64,000 nt of DNA from the human T2T-CHM13v2.0 reference genome, Homo sapiens. The stretch lies in the NCBI RefSeq assembly GCF_009914755.1, contig NC_060937.1; one strand, given 5' to 3'. A program made the position numbers and the translations under genes. Each line of letters starts with the position of its first letter. The first letter of the stretch is position 1. Below are positions 15,055 through 27,387 of the stretch, one piece after another. The notes under the pieces were generated by a model. That model was not told the origin of the DNA. It searched no databases and saw only the letters and a list, made by a program, of their open reading frames with translations.

Positions 15055-15418
15055 TATTAAAATGTCTTTCTGGTATCAGTGTGCTTCATGATCCTTTCAA
15101 TTGTATATATTTCCCAATAACCTGATTAATTATATATATTTCCCAATAACCAGATTTCATATAAATATGAAACTGCATTCCAAATCCAAATATGGCAGAT
15201 TCATTTGGAATATCCATTATTTCAAGGATTACTTTTAATATTACAAAAGTGCCTTTCCGGTATCAGTGTGCTTCATGATCCTTTTAATTATATATATTTC
15301 CCAATAACTAGATTAATCCAATAAAATATAAATATGAAACTGCATTCCAAATCCAAATATGGCAAACTCATTTGGAATATCCATTATTTCAAGGATTACT
15401 TTTAATATTACAAAAATG
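15055..15418. repeat. Tandem duplication, two ~170-190 bp units
   Basis: CTTT(CT/CC)GGTATCAGTGTGCTTCATGATCC...ACTTTTAATATTACAAAA occurs twice back to back. Confidence 0.93.
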
Positions 15419-15419
15419 T

Positions 15420-15696
15420 GAGCTTGTAATCCCAGCACTTTGGGAGGCGAAGGTGAGTGGATTGCTTGAGACCAGGAGTTCAAGACTAGCCTGGGCAACA
15501 TGGCGAGGTCCCATATCTACAAAAACTAGAAAAATTAAATGAGTTTGGTGGTGCCTGTGGTCCCAGCTACTCAGGAGGCTGAGGTGGAAGGATCACCTGT
15601 GCCCAGGAGGTCAAGGCTGCAGTGAGAAATGATCGCAACACTGCACGCCGGCCTGGACAACAGAATGAGCCCCTGTCTGGAAAAAAGAAAAAAAAG
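15420..15696 (+). mobile_element. AluJ-like, slightly 5'-truncated
   Basis: TGTAATCCCAGCACTTTGGGAGG...GGATCACCTGTGCCCAGGAGGTCAAGGCTGCAGTGAG; A tail. Confidence 0.9.
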
Positions 15697-17264
15697 TAAG
15701 CTGTTAACCATGTGAAATCTTAGGCTATAAATCTACTTCATCTAGATTAAATAAGATTATTGATAAACTTTTATTTTTCTGATTGAGATATTTGAAAATA
15801 AGCATGTTCATATTTGAAAATACATTTGTTTTTGTATAATATTGATTTTCCTTCAGAATTAAATATCTGGTCCGAGTTGACTAAATAATAGAACTATCAT
15901 CTCTTCATTTTCATAGTAAAAATACTATGCTAAAAAGAGACAATTTTCCCAAATGACCTTCTTTGTCAGGAAGCTTTCTGAGTGTCCAACCATTGTTGTC
16001 CATTTTTTAACGGTATCACCTTTTGTTGGGACATTTTGGCCTTTCGCCAAAAGCTGAATACCATCATTCTTTGTTGTGTTCTTTGTTCTGTTTTCAGCAG
16101 GGAAGATGGATACCGCTGTGGTGACCCTGGCCTCTTGATAAGGAAGGCACACTGATGTCACAGAAGCATTTCTGTTAGATATGGTTGGGTTCATTAGGCA
16201 AAAAAGGGGGTTTCTTTTTTAAAATAAAATGACATTAGGGTTTCTTTATACCCTGATCAATGCTAAGAATGAAGCTCTAATAATCCTTTAAGAATAAAAG
16301 ACAATGAAAAAGAATTCTTTTTTACATTAACCTTTTTTCCCAAGTTGTTCTTCCTCAATATATTATCTCACCATATGACACAAAATGTCTAGCTTCATGA
16401 TTTATTATTCTGTATATAACTGAAAGCAAGAGATATCTGTTAGCAAAATAACAGGAAAAACTCAACCATTTTACTAGGGGGATTGCAGTTCTCTATTCCT
16501 GTAGCTCTTCCCAAAACAAAAAACAAAATGGTAATTGCCTATTATAACTATTAGAGAAAGATTAGATATGTAGATATTGACTTCTTTGAGATGGTAAAGC
16601 ACAAATCTCTCAAGTTACTTTTCATTTTTCAAAATAAAAAATAATAAATTGGCTTTGATGCGATCAATTTAACTTTACCAATAATTGTTCTCTGGACCAA
16701 TGCTTAAGTTTTATGAGATTTTTTTGTAAGTGTACAGAGGTTGAATTTTATCAAAACTATCATGACATTAATCCAGGTAGACCACTATCTCTCCCTCAAA
16801 CTTTCACTAGCAAGTGGTTTTAAAGATCGTGGCTACTGGTCTGATGGGAATTTATGGTAAATAAAATGTATGTGTCAGTTTCCTCAGGTGTGCCTAATAA
16901 AGGTATTTAACTCAAAAGCATATAGTGAGCATTTAATAGGTTCATGAATCTAAACCATTTTTAAGGGTAACTGGCACTAAGCTGTTAGCTATTATGTTAG
17001 TAGTCCAGTTATGAGAGAATTAAATTTAAAAAGTAGTGCTGAACATTTATTGCCTCATTGTACTACTCCAGAGACAAGAAGCAGATGATTTTCAATTATA
17101 CAATGTTTTTCCAATATGATTTCTTAGATTCTGTTATAGTTTTCAATTTCTTGCCTCTCAGCTTTTAATTCATTCTTCAATATTTACTCTGTGCTAATGA
17201 ATGGGATGGATTCCTTTCTCCCGAACAGTGAGTACATTGTTAAAATTTCTCGGTAGAGGGCGAT

Positions 17265-17840
17265 ATAGTGACATTACAAGAGGAAGAGGGCTTCCGCTGG
17301 TTCAGGCGGTTGCACCCTTGGTCAACAGAGCATGTGTGAAGACAACTGATCATAGCTCCTACCATGTGGCTAAAATGCGTGCTCCCTTGGCAACCTTGCA
17401 ATCCCAGGCTAGCCTAGTAACTCCTTCCTACAGCCCTCCCAATGTGGACACTGCATATTCCAGTTGTCATCAGCAGCATACCAATGTCTTCATACCTGCC
17501 CAGTTGCAGTCCACCTGCACCCTGAAGAGGGACTTCTTCTTTGCTTGTCTAGTGAATGTGCATCAGATCTGGTCTGGGCAAACCGACGAAGTTCTCCGTC
17601 ATCCAGTGAACAGCAATCGCACCTTCTCCAACCTCCAACAAGGCCTGAACCTGAGCCCTGGGGAGGTATTCTTCCAAGTTTGTCTTTCCTAAATTACTCT
17701 CCCTCAGGCCTAAGGTATCTTTTAGTTTCCACTGCACCTTGTAGTTATGTTACTCTCATTGCTTAATAATTCTTTATAATAAAACTTCTCTTGTTTAAAA
17801 TACTACAAGTCTGTCTACGGATTCAACTCAGAGTGATACA
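17265..17840 (+). mobile_element. Old ERVL-type solo LTR (subfamily uncertain)
   Basis: GC-richer block ending AATAAAACTTCTCTTGTTTAAA...GTGATACA, typical of an ERVL LTR 3' end. Confidence 0.4.
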
Positions 17841-18792
17841 GATAAAGTAGAAATCATTTTTGCCAAGGAAATGACTTTTATCTAAATCCTGAAAGAGAGC
17901 TGCTCTTTTGAAACAACTCTGCTAGCACCTTTTCAGAGTGCATCCATCTAGAAACTCATTTAATCCTCTAACAACCCTATTTCTTGGACAGGGAAAATTG
18001 AGGCAATACCTTCTTCAAATCATTCTGAAGCTAATAAATTAATTTTTTTTCAAAGTTTGTTGTATTTTCACCTGAAGAGTTTCATTCAGTGTCTGGAAAA
18101 TAGTAATCTCTTTATAAGTATTACAGATTGTCATAATTGATATGAACTATCAGAAAAATATTCATCATTCTCTCTCATAGTATTGGGTTTTCTGCATGTT
18201 CCTGATGATCTTTGATTCTCTATTTATATTCATGTGAAAGAACTGGATTACTGACACACATAACTTCTGTAAGATTTTGTTTCTGTTGTGAATGATTTCA
18301 TCATCAGCAGGTCTTTCTTCTGAGTGGGCAGTCTGGCTCTGAACTCTATGTGCAGACAGACAAGTCAAGACAACTTTGAGGTGAGCAGGAGAGCAGCTGA
18401 GATTGCCCTAAAATGCCAGAGAATCATAATAAATCAAAGGACTATCCCTACTCGGAAGAATGTTTATTACTTGAGAGTGTTATTTGCTGGTCTTATCTAG
18501 CAAGAAGGTCAGGAGTAAAGACACTTCTGCCAGCTTTTATCTCAGAATGGACCAAAAGGAAGGAAGAGAAAGGGACGCTGGAAAGAGATAGAACTATTCA
18601 TCCACAAAACCTCAATGATTTCCCTGATTTCTGTTCCATTACAGCTTTGCTATACTCAATTGCTCACATGAAGCTTAAAACCTCCTGAGGCGCTACCCTT
18701 GGCAATAGTTTCCATCTTCTCTACTCCTTCTGCTCCCTTCTGGGCAAATTTTGGACAACTAGCAGCTCTGTTCTCTTTTATTCTTATAATAG

Positions 18793-19255
18793 TGAAGCTG
18801 ATTGAATAGTGGCCACCAAAAAGATATGTTCAAGTCTTGACTTCTGGTAACTGAAAATTTGATCTTACTTGGAAATAGGGTCTTTGCAGATGTAATTAAG
18901 TTAATAAGCTCAAAAGGAGACCATCCTGGACTTAGGGTCCTAATTCCAGTGACTGTTATTTTTATAATTAAAAGAAAAGGTAATTTGAAACACAGACACA
19001 TTGGGGAAAAGGCCATTCATGCAGTGAGAATGGACATAAAAATTGGAGTTATGCAGCCACAAGCGAGAGAACATTTTCAGACACTAGAAACTGGAAGAGG
19101 CTGGGACTCTCCCAGAGCCTGCAGAGGGAACCTGGCCCTGCCAACACCTTGATTTTGGACATCTGGCCTCCAGAACTGCGCGAGAATGCATTTCAGTTGT
19201 TTTAAGTCACCAAGTGTGCAGTAATTTGTTATGGCAGCCCTAGGAAACTCATATA
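18793..19255 (+). mobile_element. MLT1 (B/C-like) MaLR solo LTR
   Basis: GGAAATAGGGTCTTTGCAGATGTAATTAAG; CTGGCCTCCAGAACTG; 5-bp TSD AATAG at 18788-18792 and 19256-19260. Confidence 0.9.
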
Positions 19256-21057
19256 AATAGAATCCCATTAACTTCCTGTCTTTCAGAAGTCCTCCAAAAA
19301 TCTCTGAGCTGCTCATGTAAACCCTGGGCCCATATTCCTCTCAGCACTGCTGTGTCTTTATCTCATTTTGTTTCTCTTGACTAGGACAGAAGTGAACCGG
19401 TTTCAGTCTGCAATGAAATTTTTAAAATAATATTTAATATTTAACTCCAGTGTATCTTCAGTCTTGCCCTAGAAGCCAGATTCAGATTCAGGCTAGATTG
19501 AAGAGAAAGCATTCAACTACAAGAAAAGAGATTTAATTTTTGGTTCCCTGGCACATAGAGTATGCATTCCGCAGATGCAATGGCATCAGACCAAGTGCAT
19601 TCAAGATAAAAGCCAATCAAGACTGACAGGTTTGACAACTTCTTACTCAGCTTCAATGGCCCCCATGCCATCTCAGTCATAAAGGTGTGTATGTGTATGT
19701 ATATATTCAGTTTCTAATTCTTCCACTGGCATTGTTTCACAAAATCCCTCCAGATATAACGAATACTAATTTTAATTTCAGTCAGAATAAGTATAAAATC
19801 TGTTCTCTTCATAACATTAGTTTTTGACTTCAAACCTTCAGAGACATAAATGTGTTTTATGAAAAGCTCCTACTATTTCTTTCCTCCAGCAAAAATCATG
19901 CAGTGATCTGTTACTGCCAGTGAGGAATTAGATATGTAAATGGGAAGAGGGCATTTGAAGGCAGACGGTACCTAGGAATGGATGGGCGGTCGCTTGGGTT
20001 TTTCTTCATTAAGACATTTTAAAGTTTAGTTCTCAGTGTGAAGATAATTTAAATTGAAAGAATTTTTGTACCTTGACACTGCAATAAGTTCCCTGTACAT
20101 GCATCAAGTTTTACAAATGAGAAGCTGTGTGGCACTTCTGCTAGAGCAAGGTGTTCATCACTAAAGCAACAGAATATTGCTTAAATATCCTCCTTTGATG
20201 TCAGAGCCTGAAAATTAGACATTAAAAATGAATAACCCTGTAACTCTAAGAAAAATTAGAGCAAGTAAAATATAATTTAATGAATCCCTATGTGATAGGA
20301 AACCATAGTTCAAATCATTTGATATCAGAAAATACCATCCATCCCTTAACCTCAAAATATGTTAAAGCCAGCTGAAATCACATGACTTTTAGTAAAACTT
20401 CTCAGACAGTTCCAGCCCACATTGATCTCTTTCTCCAAAGACTTTATCTGTACTTATCTATGTCAATCATAAACTTGAAATCATGTACCATCTTGAAGCA
20501 CTATCCAGACTACTTCACCTGTATATAGCTTGTTTTCCTATTGCAATTACAAATTCAATGGAGTAAACAACTGTATCTTAATCTTCTTTTGTATCCTGCA
20601 ATGAGTACTTTTTTAAAAAATTGAAGTGATGTAATCTTCAAGATAAAATGGATCATTCAGACATATTACCATTTTAGCTAGCAAATTTCCAAGATAGTAA
20701 GCTGTGTAATTTTATCTGCAATATTAAAAGCTATAAAAGTTCACCTACCTTTAGTCATAAGTCATTGGGAAAGTCATGTGGGTATATTATATTCAAATCC
20801 ACATCCTATCTGCCATGCTTCTCTGTTGAATTCTCCTCCTGGAGACTTTGGTTCCCTTTACTTAGAATAATTGTGAAGGTATGTTTAAAAGATAATTGAC
20901 AAGACCTGCATTTCACCAACCCATTACCCCAGTCGTCAATCTCGCTTTAGTCCAGAGTTGGCAAGCTATTAATAGCTACCATTTTGGAGCAATAATATGT
21001 TCCAAATACTATATAGCTAGATAGATAAACATCGACATGAATGAATGTAAGTATGTA

Positions 21058-21062
<5 letters not shown>

Positions 21063-21110
<48 letters not shown>
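21063..21110. repeat. (TG)n microsatellite
   Basis: Pure TG run. Confidence 0.97.
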
Positions 21111-21111
<1 letters not shown>

Positions 21112-22000
21112 AATGACCTTGAAAGTCTGGTATTATTAGCCTTGTTTTGCAGATACATAAATACCTTTCTCAAGGTCATAGACTAACTAAACCAAGATTC
21201 AAACCTCAATTTCCAAAATCCATGTGGTTTACATTAAGTCACCTCCCTTGCTAGTAAAGCTTCATATTTCAGATCCTACAAAGATAAATTAAAACTGGAA
21301 TGGACTAAAAGCTCTTTGATTTCCTGAGTTTATAAGTTTTGCTTTCATTTATTTAATTAATATCCTGCAAGTCACAAAGTACAAAATCTCATCATGAAAA
21401 GCAGTGAGTAAAAGTCATGTGAGAGCAAGTTTACAGAAGAAAAAGTAAATAGCATAAGAAACAGAGACTATGCAAGAGATTGGTCTGGTTACAAGAAAAA
21501 TAAAACAAGGAGCAGAAAAAAATTTTAAAAAATAGGCAATAAAGAAGGGGCTTTATTATGTCATTTCTGAGTCAAAATGATATTGGCACATGGATTATTT
21601 TAGGCTTTTTAAAAAGATTTTGCACATATGTGCAGTTGGGAGTCAATAAGGAAAGACGATGCAATGAAGGTTTATTTGTGAAAATAGTTGTGGTTGCAAA
21701 TGCTGTAGAACTTGCAAAATCCTGAATGTACTTACCATAAGGTTGGCCATTGGCTCCCAATTTCACCCTAGCTCCTTTTGCAGTAGAGGTGGACAAGCAT
21801 TCTTATTTTCTGTTGTGAATGGTGCAGTTGGGCTTATGGAAGTCAAGGTAAGAGGAACAGGGACATGGCTCAATCGAAACCCTTTTATGTGTGTTAGCCC
21901 CAGATAGCACTAAAAGTATGCAACTCAGTTTCCATAACTCCTGGGGTAATTCCAATGAGCAACGAAGTTTGAGCATTACTACTTTAATTGAATAGGATGG

Positions 22001-22479
22001 TGTATTAATCAGGCTTCTCCAGAGAAACAGAACAAATGTGATACAGATAGATTAGATAAATTGGTATAAAGAAGGGAAAGAGAGAGAAATACATGGGGAG
22101 ATACCTTATGGAAATTGGCTCACCTAATTATGGAGACTGAGAAGTCGTGTGATACACCATCTGCAGGCAGGAGAACCAGGGAAGTCTGTAGCGTAATGCG
22201 GTCTGAGTCCAAAGGCCTGAGAACCTGGAGCTCTGTTGTCCGAGGGCTGGAGAAGCTCCCAACTCCAGAAGAGAGAGCAAACTCACCTTTCCTCTGTTGT
22301 TTTGTTCTATCTAGTTCCTACATGGATTGGTAAGGGCAGATCATCTTCACTGAATCTACTGATTCAAACGCTAATCCCTTCCGGAAACATCCTCACAGAC
22401 ATACCCAGGAATAATGTTTTGCCAGCTATCTGTGTATTCCTGAACCCAGTCAAGTTGACGACTAAAATTAACCATCACA
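22001..22479 (-). mobile_element. MLT2 (ERVL) solo LTR
   Basis: TGTATTAATCAGGCTTCTCCAGAGAAACAGAAC...CAAGTTGACGACTAAAATTAACCATCACA; TSD GATGG on both sides. Confidence 0.9.
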
Positions 22480-22897
22480 GATGGCGTCAGCATAGTGACT
22501 TGGCCTAGAAGATAACACGGATTCAAGTAATAGGCTTGATAACCAAATGGACGAATGATATTATCCAGTCATCTTAAAAATACATCACATGATCCCAATA
22601 AGTGATAACCCCAGAGAATTCAAATGGAAGACTAGGATTTTGGGTCAACAGTCATGTAGGAAAATTAACTGCAATAGTAGCTTCACAGGATGCTTACTAG
22701 GAAAGTTATTCAGAGGTCATGGAAAAGAAAAGTTCACTGTCAAAATTAATATTCTTCAATCACCCACTTATCAAATCTATTTTAAATACATAGCAAGAAA
22801 CAAAAAGAAAGAAATAGGGTAAGGTCGGATTCAAGCAGGTAGAAGGGCCGTCCTCCCTGAATTATAGATTTTAGATTAACACATTAACACATTTATG

Positions 22898-22991
22898 CTC
22901 TCTCCCTCCCTCCCTCCCTCCCTCCCTCCCTCTCTCTCTCTCTCTCTCTCTCCCTCCCTCCCTCCCTCCCTCCCTCTCTCTCTCTCTCTCT
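22898..22991. repeat. (CCCT)n/(CT)n polypyrimidine tract
   Basis: Alternating CCCT and CT blocks. Confidence 0.95.
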
Positions 22992-24126
22992 GCTTCATTA
23001 CCCTTCCCAACTGATGTAGTAGTAGTCTTGATGAATAGAGTTGGTGTTTTAATAAAGGGGGCAAATACATGCTGCTTGGGGCAACAGGATACACTTGCTC
23101 TATTTGAGATAATCAGGCAAGTATTCCTGATTACAGATGACATCACCAGTTAGCTTGCTGAACAGGTGTGGGTTTTATCTGTATTTATTGGATATGGCGT
23201 ATGTGGGGCCATAAGGGGACTATTGTGTGTGCTACCAGTGGGAAGTTAATTTATAAATAACTGAACTGAGAGAATCTTATCTAATGGCTCAGCCTTTCCA
23301 TATTGTCTTTTACAGAAGAAATTCTTGTCTTTGTTATAACATGTAACCCTTTTATTATTTCTGTCTTTAACATGTCTTAGAGATTACCATCGTACATCAT
23401 CTAGCTAATATCTCTTTTGAATTCTGCCTACATAGCAAAAGCTACTTGCTTATTCATACCTAGACCTAACACATCCTATAAGGTTTCTCTCTCTCTCTCT
23501 CTTTCTTTATCATAAGCTAGCTTTTTCACTATGTATGCTTAACATTCTTAGCAGTTGTATCACTCCTGTTTATTTTCTTTTTGTAAAAGCATTGAATATT
23601 CTCAAATGAGAAAGCAAGCATATATTCTAAAAACTTTCTCCGTGTTTGAATGACATGACTTTATTATAGAGGTGAAAGAGACCTCTGTCGCTTTCATTAC
23701 TCACTTAGGATAACTTTGTACATTTTAAAGTAGAAATGTAACTGCTGTGTGCAACCTTTGTTAAGGACAGCATGTTCAAGGGGAAAATGCTGAGGGCAAA
23801 TCAAAGAAATTCAAATTGAAGAAAGGTGACAACTAAACATTAAAGCATAAAGATATCTCAAGAATCGAATGACCCATGTTGAGCAAAATTTCAGGCTAAG
23901 CACAAATCCAAAAGAGTGACATTTTGCAAAGACTGGCAAATGTAAATAAAAGAATAATTATTCATTGTAGGAACTATGGTTTCTAGTCTTCCAAATTAGT
24001 CCAATGAGTTGCACACTGAAGTAGCATTTGTGTCATCAGAAAAAGTACTTTATATTTTAATAATTATGTATAGTATACATATAAACACAATTGAACATGA
24101 AAAACATATAAATATATGTGTTTATA

Positions 24127-24551
24127 TGTATATTAAGCCTTTCTTGCACTGCTATAAAGAAACACCTGAGGCTGAGTAATTTACATGTAAAATAAGTTGA
24201 AATAGCTCAGATTCTGCAGGCTGTACAGGAGGAATGGCACCAGCATCTACTTGGCTTTTCGAGAGGCCTCAGGGAGCTTTTTCTAATGGTGGAAGGCAAA
24301 GTGGGAGAAGACACATCACATGGTGAAAGCAGGAGCAAGAGAGTGGCAGAGGTGACACTCACACTTTTAAATGACCAGATTTTGCGAGAATTCACTTATT
24401 ATCACGAGGACAGCACCAAGAGGATGGTGCTAAACTGTTCATGAGAAATTCACCTCCATGATCCAGTCACCTCCTACCAGGCCCCACCTGCAACATTGGG
24501 GGTTATATTTCAACATGTGATATGAGTGAGGACAAATATCCAAACTATACA
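24127..24551 (-). mobile_element. MST (MaLR) solo LTR
   Basis: TGCTATAAAGAAACACCTGAGGCTGAGTAATTT...CACCTCCTACCAGGCCCCACCT...ATCCAAACTATA. Confidence 0.88.
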
Positions 24552-24589
24552 AATATGCATATACGTATCTACAGAAACAACCAAAGTTA

Positions 24590-27000
24590 CCTTTTTTAAT
24601 TGACAAGTAAAATTATGTATATTTATATTGTACAATATGTTTTTGATATATGAATACATTATAGAATGATTAAATCAAACCATATAACATATATCTTACC
24701 TCATATTCTTATCTGTTTGTTGTGGGGACAATTCTTAGAATCTACTCTCTTAGCAATTTTGAAATATACAATATATTTGCATTAATTGTTGTTAACATGG
24801 CATATAACAGAGCTCTTGAACTTACTTCCCCTGTCTAACTGAAATTTTCTGTCTTTTCACCCTTATCTCCTCAGTCCCTCTACTCCCTAGCCTCTGGTAA
24901 CCACCATTTTATTTCCTATTTCTATGAGTTGGACTCTTTTATACTCTGCATGTAAGCAAGATCATGTGGTATTTGTCTTTCTGTGCCTAGTTTATTTTAC
25001 GTAATGCCATATCCTCCATATTTATTCATTTCATTGCAAATGACAAGATTTCCTTCATTTTTAAAGCTGGAAGGTATTCCATTATGTATATATACCACAT
25101 TTTCTTTATCCATTCATCCATTGATGAACACATAGGGTGATTCCATATTTTAGCTCTTGTGATAGTGCTGCAATGAACAGGACAGTGCAGATATCTCTTT
25201 GACATACCAATTTCATATCCTTTAGAAATATATCCAAGTGGTGGAATTACTGGATCGTATGTTCTATTTTTAATTTTTGAGTGAGCTCCATACTGTTTTC
25301 CATAATGATTGTACCACTCTACATTCCAACAAACAGTTAAAAAGTTTCCCCTTTCTTCACATCCTCACCAATACTTGTTGTCATTCAATTTTTTGATAAT
25401 AGCCATTCTAGCAGATGTGAGATGATACCTTAGTATGGTTGTAATTTGCATTTCCCTGATGATAGGTGATGCTGAGAATTTTTATACCTGTTGGCTATTT
25501 TTATGACTTCTTTTGAGAAACGTCTATTCATATCTTTTGCCTAATTTTTATCAGATTTTCTGTTTTCTTAGTTTTGAGTTCCTTATATATTTTGGATATC
25601 AACGCATTACCAGATGCATGGTTTCCAAATATTGTCTCATATTCTGTAGGTTGTCTCTTCACTCTGTTGACTGTTTCCTCGGCTATGCAGAAGCTTTTTA
25701 GTTTGATGCAATCCTCTTTGTCTATTTTTGCTTTGTACTTTTGAGGCCAAATCTAAAAAAATTATTGCCTACATCAATGTCATATAGTTTTGCCCCTATA
25801 CTTTCTTCTAGTAGTTTTATAGTTTTTGGTATTAGGGTTAAGTCTTTAATCCATTTCGAGTTGACTTTTGTATTTGGTGTAATACAAAAGTTGAATTTCA
25901 TTTTTCTGTATGTGGTTATCCAGTTTTCCCATCATCTCTTATTGAAGAGACTGTTCATTCCCCATTGTGTGTTTTTGGTACCTTTATTGAAAATCAATTG
26001 ACCAAAAATGAGTAGATGTTTTTATTTGTTTATGCCTGTACCATACTATTTTGATTCCTATAGCTTTAGAGTAGATTTTGAAATTGGGTTATGTGATTCT
26101 CTCAGCTTTGTTCATTTTGATCAAGTTACTTAGGCTATTTGAGATTCCATATAAATTTTAGGATTTATTTTTCTATTTCTATAAAAAATATCATTGGAAC
26201 TTTGATAGGGATTACACAGAATCTGTAGATTGTTTTGGGTGGCATAAGCTTTTAACAGTATTAAGTCTTCTAGTACATGAGCATGAGATATCTTTTCATT
26301 TATTAATATCTTCTACAACTTCTTTCATCAATGTTTTGTACTTTTCAGTGTGCGGATCTTTCATATCCCTGGTTAAATTTATTCTTATGTAATTTTTTGT
26401 AACTGTTGTAAGTGGGGTTGTGGTCTTACTTTTTTTTCAGATAGTTCATTGTTACTGTAGAAACATCCTTATTTTTGTATGTTGATTTTTTTATCCTGCA
26501 ACTTTACTGTATTCTTTATTATTTCTAATAGTTTCTTTGTGGAGGCTTTATGATTTTCTGTATATAAGATCATATCATCTGCAAGCAATGATGATTTAAC
26601 TATTTTCCTTCCTATTTGGACACCTTTTATTTCTTTCTCTTACCTAACTGCTCTGGCTAGGACTTTCAGTTCCATGTTGAATGAAAGTGGTAAGAGTGGA
26701 CATCCTTGTCTTGTTCCTGATCACAGAGGAAAAGCTTTCAACTTTTCACTGTTAAGTATGTTAACTATGGGCTTGTCATATATGACCTTTATTGTGTTAA
26801 GGTACATTCATCCTGTTCCTAGTTTATTGAGAGCATCTATCATGAATGGATGTTAAATTTTGTCAAACACATTTTCTGCATCTATGGAAATGATCATATT
26901 ATTTTTGTCCTTCATTCTGTTAATGTAATAAATAAGATATATTGATGTGTGTATGCTGAACCATAACTGCATCCCAGGGATAAATCCCACTTAATTATGA
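24590..27000 (-). mobile_element. L1MA-type LINE, 3'UTR plus degenerate ORF2 3' part
   Basis: Antisense L1 motifs CACATTTTCTTTATCCATTCATC, GCAGAAGCTTTTTAGTTTGATG, GGACATCCTTGTCTTGTTCCTGATC, CCCAGGGATAAATCCCACTT. Confidence 0.95.
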
Positions 27001-27043
27001 AAATTATCTTGCTATTTAAACTGGTAGCTTCATAATTCCTACT

Positions 27044-27387
27044 CTGTCAGTCAGTTTACCATCAGAAAGCAGCTATCACAAACAAATAAATGTAATTGGA
27101 GAAGATTGAATATAGAGCCTATTTTAAAAGTGAAGAACAGCATATAGGAAAAGAACAGAAGTTAGTGAAGTGCCCTGTTCTAGTGACAGTGGAGTCATTA
27201 CTGTCTCTAGGCTGGAATAGGCTAGAAGAGGAGTTTCTGGAACCCAGCATGAGACAGTTGTAAGGAAAGGGCCATCTTGAGAGGAGCTTGTGCCTGTGAA
27301 GCACACATGCAGTCTGAGGTCACCAGGCAAGAAGCTATCCAGAAGAATAAGTTCTGGAATAGTTTCCTCTTATCTTCTCAAACCCAG
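27044..27387 (-). mobile_element. LTR33-like ERVL LTR fragment
   Basis: TGTCAGTCAG start and CTAGTGACAGTGGAGTCATTACTGTCTCTAGGCTG resemble LTR33. Confidence 0.45.

Noticed and set aside
15055-15418. CRISPR-like or satellite array
   Set aside because: Only two long units with no spacer structure, in eukaryotic context.
17201-17692. Longest ORF (163 aa)
   Set aside because: Lies largely in a probable old LTR; no recognisable domain or exon structure.
21736-21809. Possible minus-strand exon with a strong G|GTAAGT donor
   Set aside because: Weak acceptor and stops in all three frames; unsupported without RNA data.
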